Source of the DNA: Stegostoma tigrinum
Taxonomy: Eukaryota
Reading direction: 5' to 3'
DNA: 64,000 nt
Assembly (NCBI RefSeq): GCF_030684315.1
Contig: NC_081370.1
Location: forward strand, 34,180,728 to 34,244,727
Shown: positions 11,520-23,240 of the stretch, in pieces
How positions within the stretch are numbered: the first letter of the stretch is position 1
Layout: every line of letters starts with the position of its first letter
The notes under the pieces: generated by a model
Seen by the model: the letters and a program-made list of their open reading frames with translations, nothing else
Databases searched by the model: none
Told to the model about the DNA's origin: nothing
Position numbers and translations under genes: made by a program

Positions 11520-12160
11520 GACACAGCACCTCCTTCCTTAGATACAGGGCCCAAAGCTGTTCACAGTATTCTAATGCAGCCTGACCAGAGCCATATACAG
11601 TCTCAGCAGTACATATTCTACTCTTGTATTCTATTCTCTTGAAATGAATACTAACATTGCATTTGCTTTCCTAACTGCCAACTGAACGTTTTAAGAGAAT
11701 TTTGAACTGTGCCTCCAAAGCCACTTTTTGCTTCAGATTTCCAGATCCTTTCCTCACACCTCTACACCTCTATTCTTCATACCAAACTGTAGGACCTCAC
11801 ACTTTCCGACATTGTATTCCATTTGTCACTTATTTTCCCCGTCTCCCAGCCTGTCCAAGTCCTTCTGCAGCATCTCTGTTTTCCTCAATACTACCTGTCC
11901 CTCTACCTATGTTCGTGTTACCTGCAGGCTAAGCAACAATGCCCTCAGTTCGTTCATACATATAATGTATAACATGAATATTGCCGACCCAATACCGATT
12001 CCTGTGAGACTCCATACTCAACGCTTGCCATCCTGAAAATAGCCCCTTTATCCCCATTCTCTGCCTCCTGCCAGTCAGCCAATCCTCTATTCATGCCAAT
12101 ACCTTTCTCACTAACATCATGGGCTCTTATTTAGCAGCTTTCTGTGTGGTACCTTTCGTT
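11520..12160 (-). mobile_element. CR1 RT fragment, degenerate
   Basis: The reverse complement matches the CR1 RT 3' half (CEVLQFG and ALVRLH*EYCEQLWA-like segments). Confidence 0.75.
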
Positions 12161-12407
12161 GAGATATATTCTGATGTTCCCTTGTAAATACCCCAAGGAT
12201 AGAATCACTTATAGTATTGACATTGATTTTCTCCTTTTTATTTATGATACCAGTTGTTCATTTTCTAAGGTTTGCTGTTCTGAGGACCTGAATGTTAAAA
12301 TGAAAGCAGCTTGAGCAATTTGTCAAACATCATGGATCATTACCAATTTACCTAAAGTTTTGATTTAATTTAAACCGCTATTTATTCTTGTATTTTATAA
12401 TTTTCAG

Positions 12408-12506
12408 AATCCCGTGATTATTTAGCCCGTGCCTTGGTTATAATTTGTGCGGTATTATTACTTATGATACTTGTTGGAATATACCTTTGGACAAAACGGT
12501 CAGAAG
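12408..12506 (+). CDS. Transmembrane exon of the IgSF gene
   Basis: Acceptor tattttataattttcag, donor GAAG|gtaaga; 99 bp, phase 1-1, in frame with the Ig exon. Encodes (E)SRDYLARALVIICAVLLLMILVGIYLWTKRSE: a ~20-aa hydrophobic span followed by KR. Confidence 0.9.
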
Positions 12507-12564
12507 GTAAGAAAATCCTTAATCTTACAAACAAATGAAACAATATTTTATTAATTTGTTTTCT

Positions 12565-12775
12565 TTTGTTCATTTTGGTCAATGGAAGTTATTAGCAAGG
12601 CCATCATTTACAATCCATCCCTTGTTGCCCCTGAAAATGTGCTGGTGGGTTTTCAGGTTGAATTCTGTACTCTGCATGATGAAGGTATTCCCACATTGCT
12701 CCTGGCTAGGGTGCACTAGAATTTTGAGACAATGATGATGAAGCAATGTGATCTATGTTTGAATCACAGGCCTGA
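12565..12775 (-). mobile_element. LINE 3' end, same family as 10130-10750
   Basis: Carries the reverse complement of the SINE-type tail (catttacaatccatcccttgttgccc) joined to sequence resembling 10715-10745. Confidence 0.5.
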
Positions 12776-14473
12776 ATCTCTGAGCACTAACATTGTTGAG
12801 TGGATTAAGGCTTTACTTGGAAACTCCCCAGCTTAAGGCTGCTGCACATTGCTTTTGGGATGTTACACTGAATTGCATACAGCACAGCGTTCCTTGGGTA
12901 ACTGTGAGAATGGATTAGGGAGAGCACAGGACAGGCCCCGTTTATACACCAATTATCACATAGCAACTTTATAGGTCCAGTCTTTTAACATTATTAAATG
13001 AATGAGTGAATAGATGAGTGGTTAATTGGTTAACAGGGTGAGTGAGTGATTGGGTAAGTGAATGGTTAGTTGCATGAGGTTGATTGTGTGGGTAAGTGGT
13101 TAGCTGGGTGAATGGGTACTCAGGTTGTGAGTGAGTCAGGGTTGGGCCACATTAGAGGAATTGTCAAACAGTTGGGGGTGTGTTAGCGATGCAGTTGGCT
13201 GATTGGAGGCAGTTGGGTCATATTGGGAGGGTACTTGTGTCAGGGTAGGGGATTGTAAACACAGAATTTTCCCTGATGCTGTGGACAATGATTATTGCTT
13301 AACCAACTTGGATGGATTTTGGATACCCTATCATATTGATGTTTGTGGAAGCTTGTTGAAATGAAGCTAAATGCCACACTTCCAGCATTACTAATAAGAC
13401 CACACTTTGAAAATACTTCATTGCCTTTAAAGCATCTTTAGATATACTGAGATTGTTATAAAAATGCAAGTCTTTCTTCCTAATTTATTTTTGTGTTAAT
13501 AATGAACAAAAAGATAATATTCATACATAAAATGACTTCACCGAAACCCCATACATTATTGAGTGATTTCAATAATATGATTAAAACGTCAATCGGTTTT
13601 CTGATACGTGTGATATTAAAAAAAATCATCTTTTATACTTTGATGAGACCCAACAAGATAAATGTTTGTTCCCACAAGTCAAGTACTGATGCTGCAACAG
13701 AAGAAAAGGAGAAAGTGGATACTAACTGGGCCACTGTGTTGGAGATAGTAGACCAGAATAGGGAACATATGGTCTGTAAGTTATTAGGTCCTCTCATGGC
13801 ATGGGCTGATGCAACTATCCTTGTGTGCCATCAGTGATAACGTAGTAAAGTAAGTGCCAACGTCTAAGAACAGGGGTGTTGCCATGATGTCATGCTTTGT
13901 TTGGAAGACTTGGGTCAGAAAAGCCTGTAATCTTTACAAGTGAAATATCTTTCCTTTGCTTGAGTGCTGTGTCAAACCCAGACAGCACATAAGATAGCAG
14001 TGCCAGAGAAAAGGACATACAAATAAGCCATTGCTAGAGAAGTGCTCAGAAAAGAAAATGCTAATGGGGGAAACAGATGGTAGAGGCAACAAATGTGATG
14101 AAATGTTTTTGTACTATTTAAAGTGGAAATAAAAACATTGTTTGTCACTCAGGCATTGAAACCACAAAATACGACTTCAGATATTCACGGAAATAATAGC
14201 TGTGTCATTCAGAAACTGTTACTGTGTGTTAAAACAGAGTGACCACTCCAGAAAAGTCCCTTGAAGTTGGTGTTTCAGAGTGTTTCGTGTTACTTAAGCT
14301 TATAAGTTACTCAGAGCAACTTAGACAATCTATTCTGACCTGTGGTCAATCAATTAATTTGCCCCTTGACTTACCACTGAACTTGTAACTACCTACCAGC
14401 TATGACCACTGAGCTCAACTAAATACATACTGTATGTTTATAATATTTCTTGTGTATCTTTGTGCTTATGTAG

Positions 14474-14569
14474 AATTACAGAACACCCCCTCAAAGGCTG
14501 AAGCCGGTACTAACAATCAAGTGAAACGTTCTGATGAGTGTCAAAATCTGATGGGGACAGAACCTGAAG
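14474..14569 (+). CDS. Cytoplasmic exon A (96 bp)
   Basis: tgtgcttatgtag|AA...GAAG|gtaggc; phase 1-1; encodes (E)LQNTPSKAEAGTNNQVKRSDECQNLMGTEPE. Confidence 0.8.
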
Positions 14570-14818
14570 GTAGGCTTGGACTCACTCATGTTAAATGTTA
14601 CTCAAGGAAAGTTAGCCAATTAACAACCTACTCTAACCTGTATGTAACTATTCAATTCACCCCTTGACTTGACTACTGAACATCTAACTACTTCCCTGCT
14701 ATGATCATTGAGCTGAATTAAATATGTAGGCATTTTTCAATGACAAAGATATTGTTGCTATAGTTTCCATCATACTACATGTTTACAACATTTCTTGTGT
14801 ATTTTTGTGCTTTTGTAG

Positions 14819-14914
14819 AATCACAGAACACTCTCTCAAAAGATAAAGTCGGGATTGACGAACAAGTGGAACTTTCGGATGAAACGCAAAATCTGATTGG
14901 AATAGAAAATGAGG
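14819..14914 (+). CDS. Cytoplasmic exon B (96 bp), paralogue of exon A
   Basis: tgtgcttttgtag|AA...GAGG|gtaggt; phase 1-1; encodes (E)SQNTLSKDKVGIDEQVELSDETQNLIGIENE. Confidence 0.8.
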
Positions 14915-15535
14915 GTAGGTTTGGACACACTTCAGTTAAAAGTTACTCCACGAAAGTAAGCTAATTAATATCTACTCTAACCTGTGGATAACTATTTAAT
15001 TTATCCAAGGCTTACGATCCAAATATCCTCTAACTCTGACCATTACCACCTCTGTCCCAACACTACCTGAATCTAATCTCCCAGACGCTCCCCCATGACT
15101 CAATTCCACCTGGCCCAGAAACCAATTGCCGCTGCTGAATCCAGCAGATGCTGATCTCAAGGTTTGACATACCTTAAACACCTGTCTGTTTATCTGGGCG
15201 CCAAACTCTCACTCTTGCACCCGACTGCCTTGCCCACCTGAACCCATAATCTCACACACATCAACCCCACCACCTCACCCAGCTGGAAACCTAGACCCTC
15301 ACCCAGTGGTATCCAACACCCACACACATACTACTCAACCCTGTACCAACTAACAGTCCGCTCCTACACACAACTGGCACATAACCTGCTACTGACTGCC
15401 ACCAAATCCCCACACCTACATGTTTATCCTTTCACCGTCGCTGTCAAAGTAGCTGTTGTTTGTTTAACCCAAAGAATACAATACTTGCTGATGTAAGAGA
15501 AGGTTTAATTTCAATGATGATCTTCCCTATTGTTT

Positions 15536-15757
15536 TATTTATTCATGGGATGTAGAAATCATTGACTAGGCCAGGATTTATTACCCATCCCTAATTCCCC
15601 AGAGAGCAGTTGAGAGTCACTTACACTGCTGAGGGTCTGGAGTCACATGTAGGCCAGACTCCAGGTGAGGATGGTAGATTTCCTTCCCTAAAAGACATTA
15701 GTGAACCAAATAGGTATTTCCCCTCACAACTGGCAACAGTTTCATGGTCATCATTCA
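15536..15757 (-). mobile_element. tRNA-derived SINE, partial copy of the 9641-9957 family
   Basis: The reverse complement matches about 9740-9955. Confidence 0.75.
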
Positions 15758-17754
15758 ATTCTTACCTCCATAATTTTGCTTCCATCCTTTGGAGAAGCTA
15801 TCAGTGAATCTTCCTGAATAAAATGACAATAAACCATGTAAACAGATGGTGTAAAGGTGCAGGAATTCAGTGATCATGCTTTTGGCTTAAATTAAAAGAA
15901 CACATATGGATATGTTTGAACATAATACACTTCTGTCTGCATATCGGTGCTACCATTTCCAGTTAAATGTTGCATTAATGAACTTACAGACAATGCAGAG
16001 TTGTTATCTACTATTGACATTAATTGTAGGTAGACTTCTAATTGTGCTGGCCTGAATATTCCTGAAGCAGCAAGTTTCATACATTGGCATTCAATATTTG
16101 GTTCTTCAAGATACCATGGAATTTATTCCAAAATTATCTTTGTGGTGTTCAATCATTGCTCAAATAATTCTACTTTAATGGAAGGATATGTGGAATTTCT
16201 TACAATAAATTTCAGTGTTCAAGTAATTTCCAAATGTGATGATAACCGTATGAATGTATTATTGCATCACAATTATTCCATGCTTGAGTCAAGATATTTG
16301 CTCAGCTTTGTGACTGCAGCTTTAACAGACAGGCCTAGAACTCCAGGCATTTCATAAAATACACACGTACACTTAATTGACTCCACTGTGGACATTTCTG
16401 GACAGGAATCAACTGTCATGAAAAGACCATGAACTGTCATGAGATCTGGCAAGTCATTATTTACCGTCAGTAATTGCACATGAGAAACCCTACTGAGAAA
16501 GGAAAATAATGTTCAAAAGATGATGGAGGCAATAAACGTGATAAAATGCATTCTGTGAGATTTAAAGTGGTGAAAAAAATCATGATTCACCCATTCAGGA
16601 ATTGAATCTGCACATGGTTAATATTTCCATAAACAGTTGAAATCACAATGTCATTGAGAAATCCTGTCTGTGAGCTAACGGAGAGATGTCCTTGGAATGT
16701 ATTGATTGGGGTTTCAAGTTGGAACTATGTAGAAATCCTAAACCAACTGACCGAGGAAATTTCCCATGAAACTGAAAATTCCATTTGGCAATTCTCCAGC
16801 ACCTGGAACATTCTACAGAATATATTTAAAGTTGATGATTTTGGAGGGATCTGACTCAACTGATCAGTAGCTACCCCGGAAAAGTTTGAGGATCAAAACC
16901 TACTCTATTTCCACTGACCCCTCAGCCCTTTCCTGGAGTGACACCACAAACTACCCCCTCCAAGCCCTGAAACACTTGATCAGGATCTGATTTCCAACCC
17001 CAGTGTCTCCTAACAGCTGATGTGACCCCACAGGACCTCACGCTTGTCCGCAACAAATCAGCAAGCTCACTCTCAAACAACAACAGCCGCCAACCCCAGC
17101 CACTGGATCTGTAACCTTCCTGCCCCAATATGATGCCCTATTCTAAGATAGTAAAGAACTCTTTGCTGGAAGGATCAATGAACAGATTTTAAGGTCAGGA
17201 GCAGCAGGTCTAGAGGGGATGTGAGGAAATTTATTTTTAATCCAGAGGGTCATGGGAATATGGAACTCACAGCCAATAAGAGTGGAAAAGGCAGAAATCC
17301 TCATCTGATTTAAATGTGCTATTATGATGCCAAGGCCAACAAGTCTATAGACAGATGCTTGAAAAGGTGTTAGAATGGTTAGGATAGTATCAGAGATAAT
17401 GGGAACTGCAGATGCTGGAGAATTCCAAGATAATAAAATGTGATAAAATGTGAGGCTGGATGAACACAGCAGGCCAAGCAGCATCTCAGGAGCACAAAAG
17501 CTGACGTTTCGGGCCTAGACCCTTCATCAGAGAGGGGGATGGGGAGAGGGAACTGGAATAAATGGGGAGAGAGGGGGAGGCGGACCGAAGATGGAGAGTA
17601 AAGAAGATAGGTGGAGAGAGTATAGGTGGGGAGGTAGGGAGGGGATAGGTCAGTCCAGGGAAGACGGACAGGTCAAGGAGGTGGCATGAGGTTAGTAGGT
17701 AGATGGCGGTGCGGCTTGGGGTGGGAGGAAGGGATGGGTGAGAGGAAGAACCAG

Positions 17755-18264
17755 TTAGGGAGGCAGAGACAGGTTGGACTGGTTTTGGGATGCAGTGGGT
17801 GGGGGGGAAGAGCTGGGCTGGTTGTGTGGTGCAGTGGGGGGAGGGGACGAACTGGGCTGGTTTAGGGATGCAGTAGGGGAAGGGGAGATTTTGAAACTGG
17901 TGAAGTCCACATTGATACCATATGGCTGCAGGGTTCCCAGGCGGAATATGAGTTGCTGTTCCTGCAACCTTCGAGTGGCATCATTGTGGCAGTGCAGGAG
18001 GCCCATGATGGACATGTCATCTAGAGAATGGGAGGGGGAGTGGAAATGGTTTGCGACTGGGAGGTGCAGTTGTTTGTTGCGAACTGAGCGGAAGACTGGG
18101 AGGTGCAGTTGTTTGTTGCGAACTGAGCGGAGGTGTTCTGCAAAGCAGTCCCCAAGCCTCCGCTTGGTTTCCCCAATGTAGAGGAAGCCGCACCGGGTAC
18201 AGTGGATGCAGTATACCACATTGGCAGATGTGCAGGTGAACCTCTGCTTAATGTGGAATGTCAT
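17755..18264 (-). pseudogene. Penelope GIY-YIG endonuclease domain
   Basis: FTCTSANVVYCIHCTRCGFLYIGETKRRL..FAEH...VANHF...LGTLQPYGIN, with an in-frame 39-bp duplication (copies start at 18055 and 18094). Confidence 0.9.
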
Positions 18265-18868
18265 CTTGGGGCCTGGGATAGGGGTGAGGGAGGAGGTGTG
18301 GGGACAAGTGTAGCATTTCCTGCGGTTGCATGGGAAGGTGCCGGGTGTGGTGGGGTTGGAGGGCAGTGTGGAGCGAACAAGGGAGTCACGGAGAGAGTGG
18401 TCTCTCCGGAAAGCAGACAGGGGTGGGGATGGAAAAATGTCTTGGGTGGTGGGGTCGCATTGTAAATGGCGGACACTTCCAACGTTTCGGGCCTAGACCC
18501 TTCATCAGAGAGCTTGGGGATGATCTGGTTCCGTAGGCAGGTGCTGAGGAAGGTGATGTGGCTGTGGTACCTGGTCTGCTTCAGGACATGGTCGAGCAGT
18601 TTCAAGGCCGAAGCGATTACAAAAGAGTTGCAATGGGAGAGAAATTCCCTGAGGTTGGTCCGGAGGGAGGAGGGTAACTTCTTCAGGTTAGGCATCCCTG
18701 GAAGAGGCTTCGCAGTGAGGTTAAAATAGTATCAGAGATAATGGGAACTGCAGATGCTGGAGAATTCCAAGATAATAAAATGTGAGGCTGGATGAACACA
18801 GCAGGCCAAGCAGCATCTCAGGAGCACAAAAGCTGACATTTCGGGCCTAGACCCTTCATCATCGCTCT

Positions 18869-18900
18869 CTGATGAAGGGTCTAGGCCTGAAACGTCAGCT
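18869..18900 (+). ncRNA. Minimal type I hammerhead ribozyme-like motif in the Penelope pLTR
   Basis: CTGATGA-agggtctaggcct-GAAA-CGTC. Minus-strand copies lie at about 17500-17530, 18481-18510 and 18833-18861. Confidence 0.65.
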
Positions 18901-19129
18901 TTTGAGCTCCTGAGATGCTGCTTGGCCTGCTGTGTTCATCCAGCCTCACATTTTATTATGTTAGAATGGTTAGATGTTTTAGTTTTGAACAGCACGTACT
19001 CAATGGGCCAAAGGCTTTTTTTCTGCCCTGTAGATCTTGAAGACTTTAAGATTCTAACTTGACACCACAATGCCCAACTCAACCCATCATCTATCCTAAT
19101 CTCTTTTCCACATACCTGCCTGCCTACCA

Positions 19130-19640
19130 TTTCACCCACCAGCACATTATCTCCTCATACACCTCCCATCATCACCCCACACACACCAGTTTCCCATCCC
19201 CTCACACACCTACCATCATCACCCTACACCCACCAACACCCTATCCCCTCACACACCTCCCATCATCACCCTACATCCACCAGCACCCTATCCCCTCACA
19301 CACCTCCCATCATCACCCTACATCCACCAGCACCCTATCCCCTCACACACCTCCCATCATCACCCTACATCCACCAGCACCCTATCCCCTCACACACCTC
19401 CCATCATCACCCTACATCCACCAGCACCCTATCCCCTCACACACCTCCCATCATCACCCTACATCCACCAGCACCCTATCCCCTCACACACCTCCCATCA
19501 TCACCCTACATCCACCAGCACCCTATCCCCTCACACACCTCCCATCATCACCCTACATCCACCAGCACCCTATCCCCTCACACGCCTCCCATCTTCACCC
19601 TACACCCACCAGCAGACTATCTCCTCACACACCTCATGCC
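19130..19640. repeat. 47-bp C-rich minisatellite at the start of every array unit
   Basis: Monomer cacacctcccatcatcaccctacatccaccagcaccctatcccctca. Unit 1 has two more monomers, and unit 5 one fewer, than units 2, 3, 4, 6 and 7. Confidence 0.95.
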
Positions 19641-19910
19641 CTAACCCTCAACTTCTGACACTCTAAACCCTATACCACTCTGCCCTCAAGAAACACCTTA
19701 ATTCTGACACAGTAACTGTCCCTGTATTGATCTCCACCCTTCATTCGTATCCTCCAAACATCTGCCAAACTTCTGCAACTCCCTCCAACTCATTCCTGTA
19801 CATACTTTGAGCACTTACACTTCCACGCAATGTGTCAGACTGGCTGCTGGATATTTACACCACAGCATATAGCACTGACTGCTGTCAATGGAGGCTTGCG
19901 TGGAGACTGT

Positions 19911-20001
19911 CTGATGAAGGGTGTAGGCCTGAAACGTCAGCTTTTGTGCTCCTGAGATGCAGCTGGGCCTGCTGTGTTCGTCCAGCCTCACACTTTATTA
20001 T
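19911..20001 (+). mobile_element. Solo Penelope pLTR fragment with a hammerhead-like core, one per unit (also starting at 26280, 32648, 39016, 45338, 51706, 58075)
   Basis: ctgatgaagggtgtaggcctgaaacgtcagcttttgtgctcctgagatgc...ccagcctcacactttatt matches 18869-18958. Confidence 0.85.
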
Positions 20002-21675
20002 ACTGGCTTGCAACTCGTAATGCTTTTCCCCAGTGCAGCCTCCGGTGGTTCCTGGACAGGCTTTTTTGTGACGGTATGTTTCTGTCCAGGGAAATCCAGA
20101 GGAGAAGCTTGAAAAGTGTCAGTGATTAATTTGTTTTTGATCTTTTTGGCAATGGTATCCCCCGCCCCGATCACAAATTTTAGACCTGCCTGTTAAATTT
20201 CCAATCTAGAAATTGAGCAAGTACTTTGACAAATACAGAGAACACTTTTGATGGAATGATGTATTCCTACATTTGGAGGAAGCAAAACAGGTGAATTTCA
20301 GAATTTTGCGCCAAGACCATGACTGCTGTTCTGGAAGACCTTTAATAACCTGATTGTGCCTGAGTTCATTTACAAAAGGCATTTCCTGCCAACTGCACCA
20401 CAAACCATATTTACTACATCTCCATCATCTAACTGCCAATAATCAGTTCTCAAATCTCAATTTACCTGCTGAACTCATTAATCTCACATTGAACGCTGTG
20501 TCAAAACTTACATCCATAACTCAACGCACAAATAGTGGCAGCTTTTCAATGATGTAGAATTCAATGATTGTACACTTTTCCAAAATCTTTTATCATCTAA
20601 GATGATTGCGCATGAAACAGAGATTTCCCAGAGCTGTGCTTACCTGTGAAAGATGAAAGCAGTTGGCCATGAATACAGTGCCATTCAACATGCATGACCT
20701 TCAATGAAATGTGTACATACCTGACCCGAACCATGACCAGGTTCCTGACAACAATAGCTATCCTTCTGGTAGTGACAGCATCAGCACTTAGGAAACTCTG
20801 CCCACCAAGATCACTGGGGTCTGTCTGCCTATCTTCTTGCCCCAAACCTACTGACCTCAGGCATAAGCATAGATACTTCCTGCAGGTGCAGGTTCAGCAA
20901 TAGTTACCACTGATGATGGGACTGCTGAGACTGCCAATATTGATGGCTGTCTAATAGGACACATGGATCTAGATGGACAGGTCATTCTATTTGCAAGATG
21001 GCAGCCTCAGCCATCAGCAACCTGGGTGAGAAATTACACCAAAGCTGATTGGTTACTGAATTGTACCTGTGGGGGACCTCCTTATTCTCTGGAATATCAA
21101 CCATAAACACACTTCAGCAAGCATTACCCTTTTTGTCCTTGGCACTATTGGTGCCATTCTAGTATCCATCATTCAGCACATTCTCATTATGTCAGATTGT
21201 TGTGTCGTGAATGTCCCATCCCAGTGCTTGAGCAAATTCCATCTTGGAAACTCCAGAACATCATTATTGGAAAGACACATTTTCATAGTTGACATCATTT
21301 GGGTAAGTTATAATTCCTGGTAACTCAAATTCAAGAATTGATGACATTTTCATCTGAGAACTCCAGTAATCTATCTTGTAGAAAAACATTTGATTTGTTC
21401 AATGATTTGATCACTTTGAGACATTTTGCAACTGCAGTACAGGACTATTTGAATCACCAAGTTATCGAGTTCTTCAAAAAATAGCTACTTTGCATTGACT
21501 GAGGTAAAAGAAGAATGGGGTGTATATGCACAGTGAGTAGCAGCTCTGCAAAGATAGAGACAATATTAATGCAGCATTAATCTGAAAACTGGTATAATAT
21601 ATCTTGAGGTAAATTTGTAAAGATCTTATGTTACTAGGTTTACCCTGACTATCTTGTATCTTTATGATGATGTAG

Positions 21676-21756
21676 AATCACAAGAGGTCTCTGAAAGTCA
21701 ACAAAGTCATACTTGGGATACAAAACAAGATACAGAGAATCAGTCATTAGAGAAAC
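21676..21756 (+). CDS. Cytoplasmic repeat exon C, unit 1 (81 bp)
   Basis: tcttgtatctttatgatgatgtag|AA...AAAC|gtaagt; phase 1-1, no stop; encodes (E)SQEVSESQQSHTWDTKQDTENQSLEK. Confidence 0.78.
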
Positions 21757-23154
21757 GTAAGTTGCTACAATTTAAAAGTGTGACCGATTAAGAAATTGTC
21801 TGGGTGCAATACCTGATCTAATGCAATACTCTCACACTGGAATTGAATCATTGCCTGCTAAATTGGTACAGGTCTGACAGTATGTGTTTAATTCTTGTCT
21901 CTGGATCACAGGCTGTGCTGTACCATTTGCTACCTGCTGACTTACTTGATTTCAGGATGCTGCCAATGATATCCATGTTGTTCATTGGATGCATGCATTA
22001 GCAGAACCTTTTATTGTGCGAGGCTAAAGTTACTTAAAGACAATCTCCAGATCTGATAGGAGGAGTTGTTATTGCAAAAATTAGTGCACTCAGTTGCAAA
22101 ATAAACTTATGCTCTGATGCTTTGACCAAAAGTTAACTGTGTGAGGTAGCATCCAGTGAAGTCTTTCAGGAGGCTCAGAACTAGAGAACTAGGGTCAGCT
22201 ATGAAAGAAGAAAGCCCTTCGGCCAGAAGTCAGTGCCATTGAACATACGTGAACTCAATTGGATATATGAATAGATTCTATCTAGCCCATGAACAGGCTG
22301 TTTAGTAGCTAAAGGCATCCCGAAGGCAGTGACAGCATCAGCATTCTGGGCAACCTCAGCCCTTTAAGATCACCACGGTCAAATGGGAGAAAGGTTGTCT
22401 CCTTGCGAAATGATGGCCTCGACCATGAGCAACACTGGGTCCTACATTGCACCAAAGTAGATTTATTTATAACGTTGCAGCTGGGGGATGACCTCCCTAC
22501 TCATCAGAATATTCAAACCCAAATATCCTTTGGAAAGGATCTCCTATTTGATTCGTTTGCACTACTGATGCGAATCTAATGTCCACCATTCAGCACTTGT
22601 CCTATGTGTCAGATCATTCTGTGCTGATCTCCATTCTCAGTTCTAAGGCAAATTCCATCATGGAACCTCCAGTACACCATGATTGAAAAGATACAGTTTG
22701 GCAGTTGAAATCACTTGGGGAAAGTAAAATTTCTGTCTTCTCAAATTCAAGACTTGATTGGCGTTTTCTGACAAAAATGCAATGATCAATCCTTGCAACT
22801 AACTGTATGATTTGTACAATGATTTGACCACTTCAAGACATTTCACATGTGCACACCAGGACCATTTGAATCACTGATACATAGAATTCTTCAAAGAATA
22901 ATTGTCCGAGGTAAATGTATAGCATCAACAGAAGCACAGGACAAATGACACACAGTGAGCAGCAGCTCTGCAATACTTCAGAGAAAATTAACGCAGCACT
23001 CATAAGAAGATTTGCCTCATCTGTGCATAGATGTATTTGGACTGAGCTCAAATGAACGTGCGAACTACGTGAACGCACAAAATCATTTTCACTGCGGTTT
23101 CTACTTGCTTATGTAGCTGAGTTTATGCTATCTTGTATTTTTGTGATGATATAG

Positions 23155-23240
23155 AAACACTGATCATTGCTGAGCATGAACAAAGCATTGCTACAAATAC
23201 AAAAAAAAGACACAGAGGATCACTCAAAAGGGAAAGATAG
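23155..23240 (+). pseudogene. Degenerate or alternative terminal exon D, unit 1 (copies start at 29524, 35892, 42260, 48582, 54950, 61319)
   Basis: Homologous to exon C with an intact acceptor (gatatag|AA). One extra A in an A8 run shifts the frame, the donor position reads AAAG|atagat, and read-through reaches TAG at 23238-23240. Confidence 0.7.

Larger units (their letters stand above)
14290..15000 (+). repeat. Diverged ~345-bp tandem duplication carrying exons A and B
   Basis: The intronic blocks 14300-14470 and 14590-14815 align (ccccttgactt...actgaac...taactac...gctatga...gagct), and the two exon starts are 345 bp apart. Confidence 0.8.
17383..18958 (-). mobile_element. Internally deleted Penelope-like element (GIY-YIG) with pLTRs, inserted in an old CR1 3' end
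   Basis: pLTR direct repeats at about 17385-17533 and 18727-18861, and an inverted pLTR at 18869-18958. Contains a GIY-YIG ORF and an N-terminal ORF piece, but no RT. A 15-bp target-site duplication tgttagaatggttag lies at 17368-17382 and 18959-18973. Confidence 0.9.

Noticed and set aside
12995-13260. GT-rich tract with several donor-like motifs (gggtgagt, gggtaagt)
   Set aside because: Low-complexity sequence with no matching upstream acceptor or exon; probably chance.
13493-13837. 114-aa ORF as a possible additional cytoplasmic exon
   Set aside because: It lacks the shared acceptor signature and a convincing phase 1-1 splice pair.
19130-19640. CRISPR-like or Ig switch-like array
   Set aside because: The repeats are contiguous with no unique spacers, the context is eukaryotic, and there are no AGCT-rich switch motifs.
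19059-19658. His/Pro-rich ORF of 155-199 aa at the start of each unit
   Set aside because: It is a translation of the 47-bp C-rich VNTR, which lacks stops. It starts at TTG and its frame cycles with each monomer, so there is no coding evidence.
20600-21060. Possible decayed DNA-transposon (Harbinger-like) remnant in each unit
   Set aside because: Only a vague resemblance; I could not read catalytic motifs or terminal repeats.
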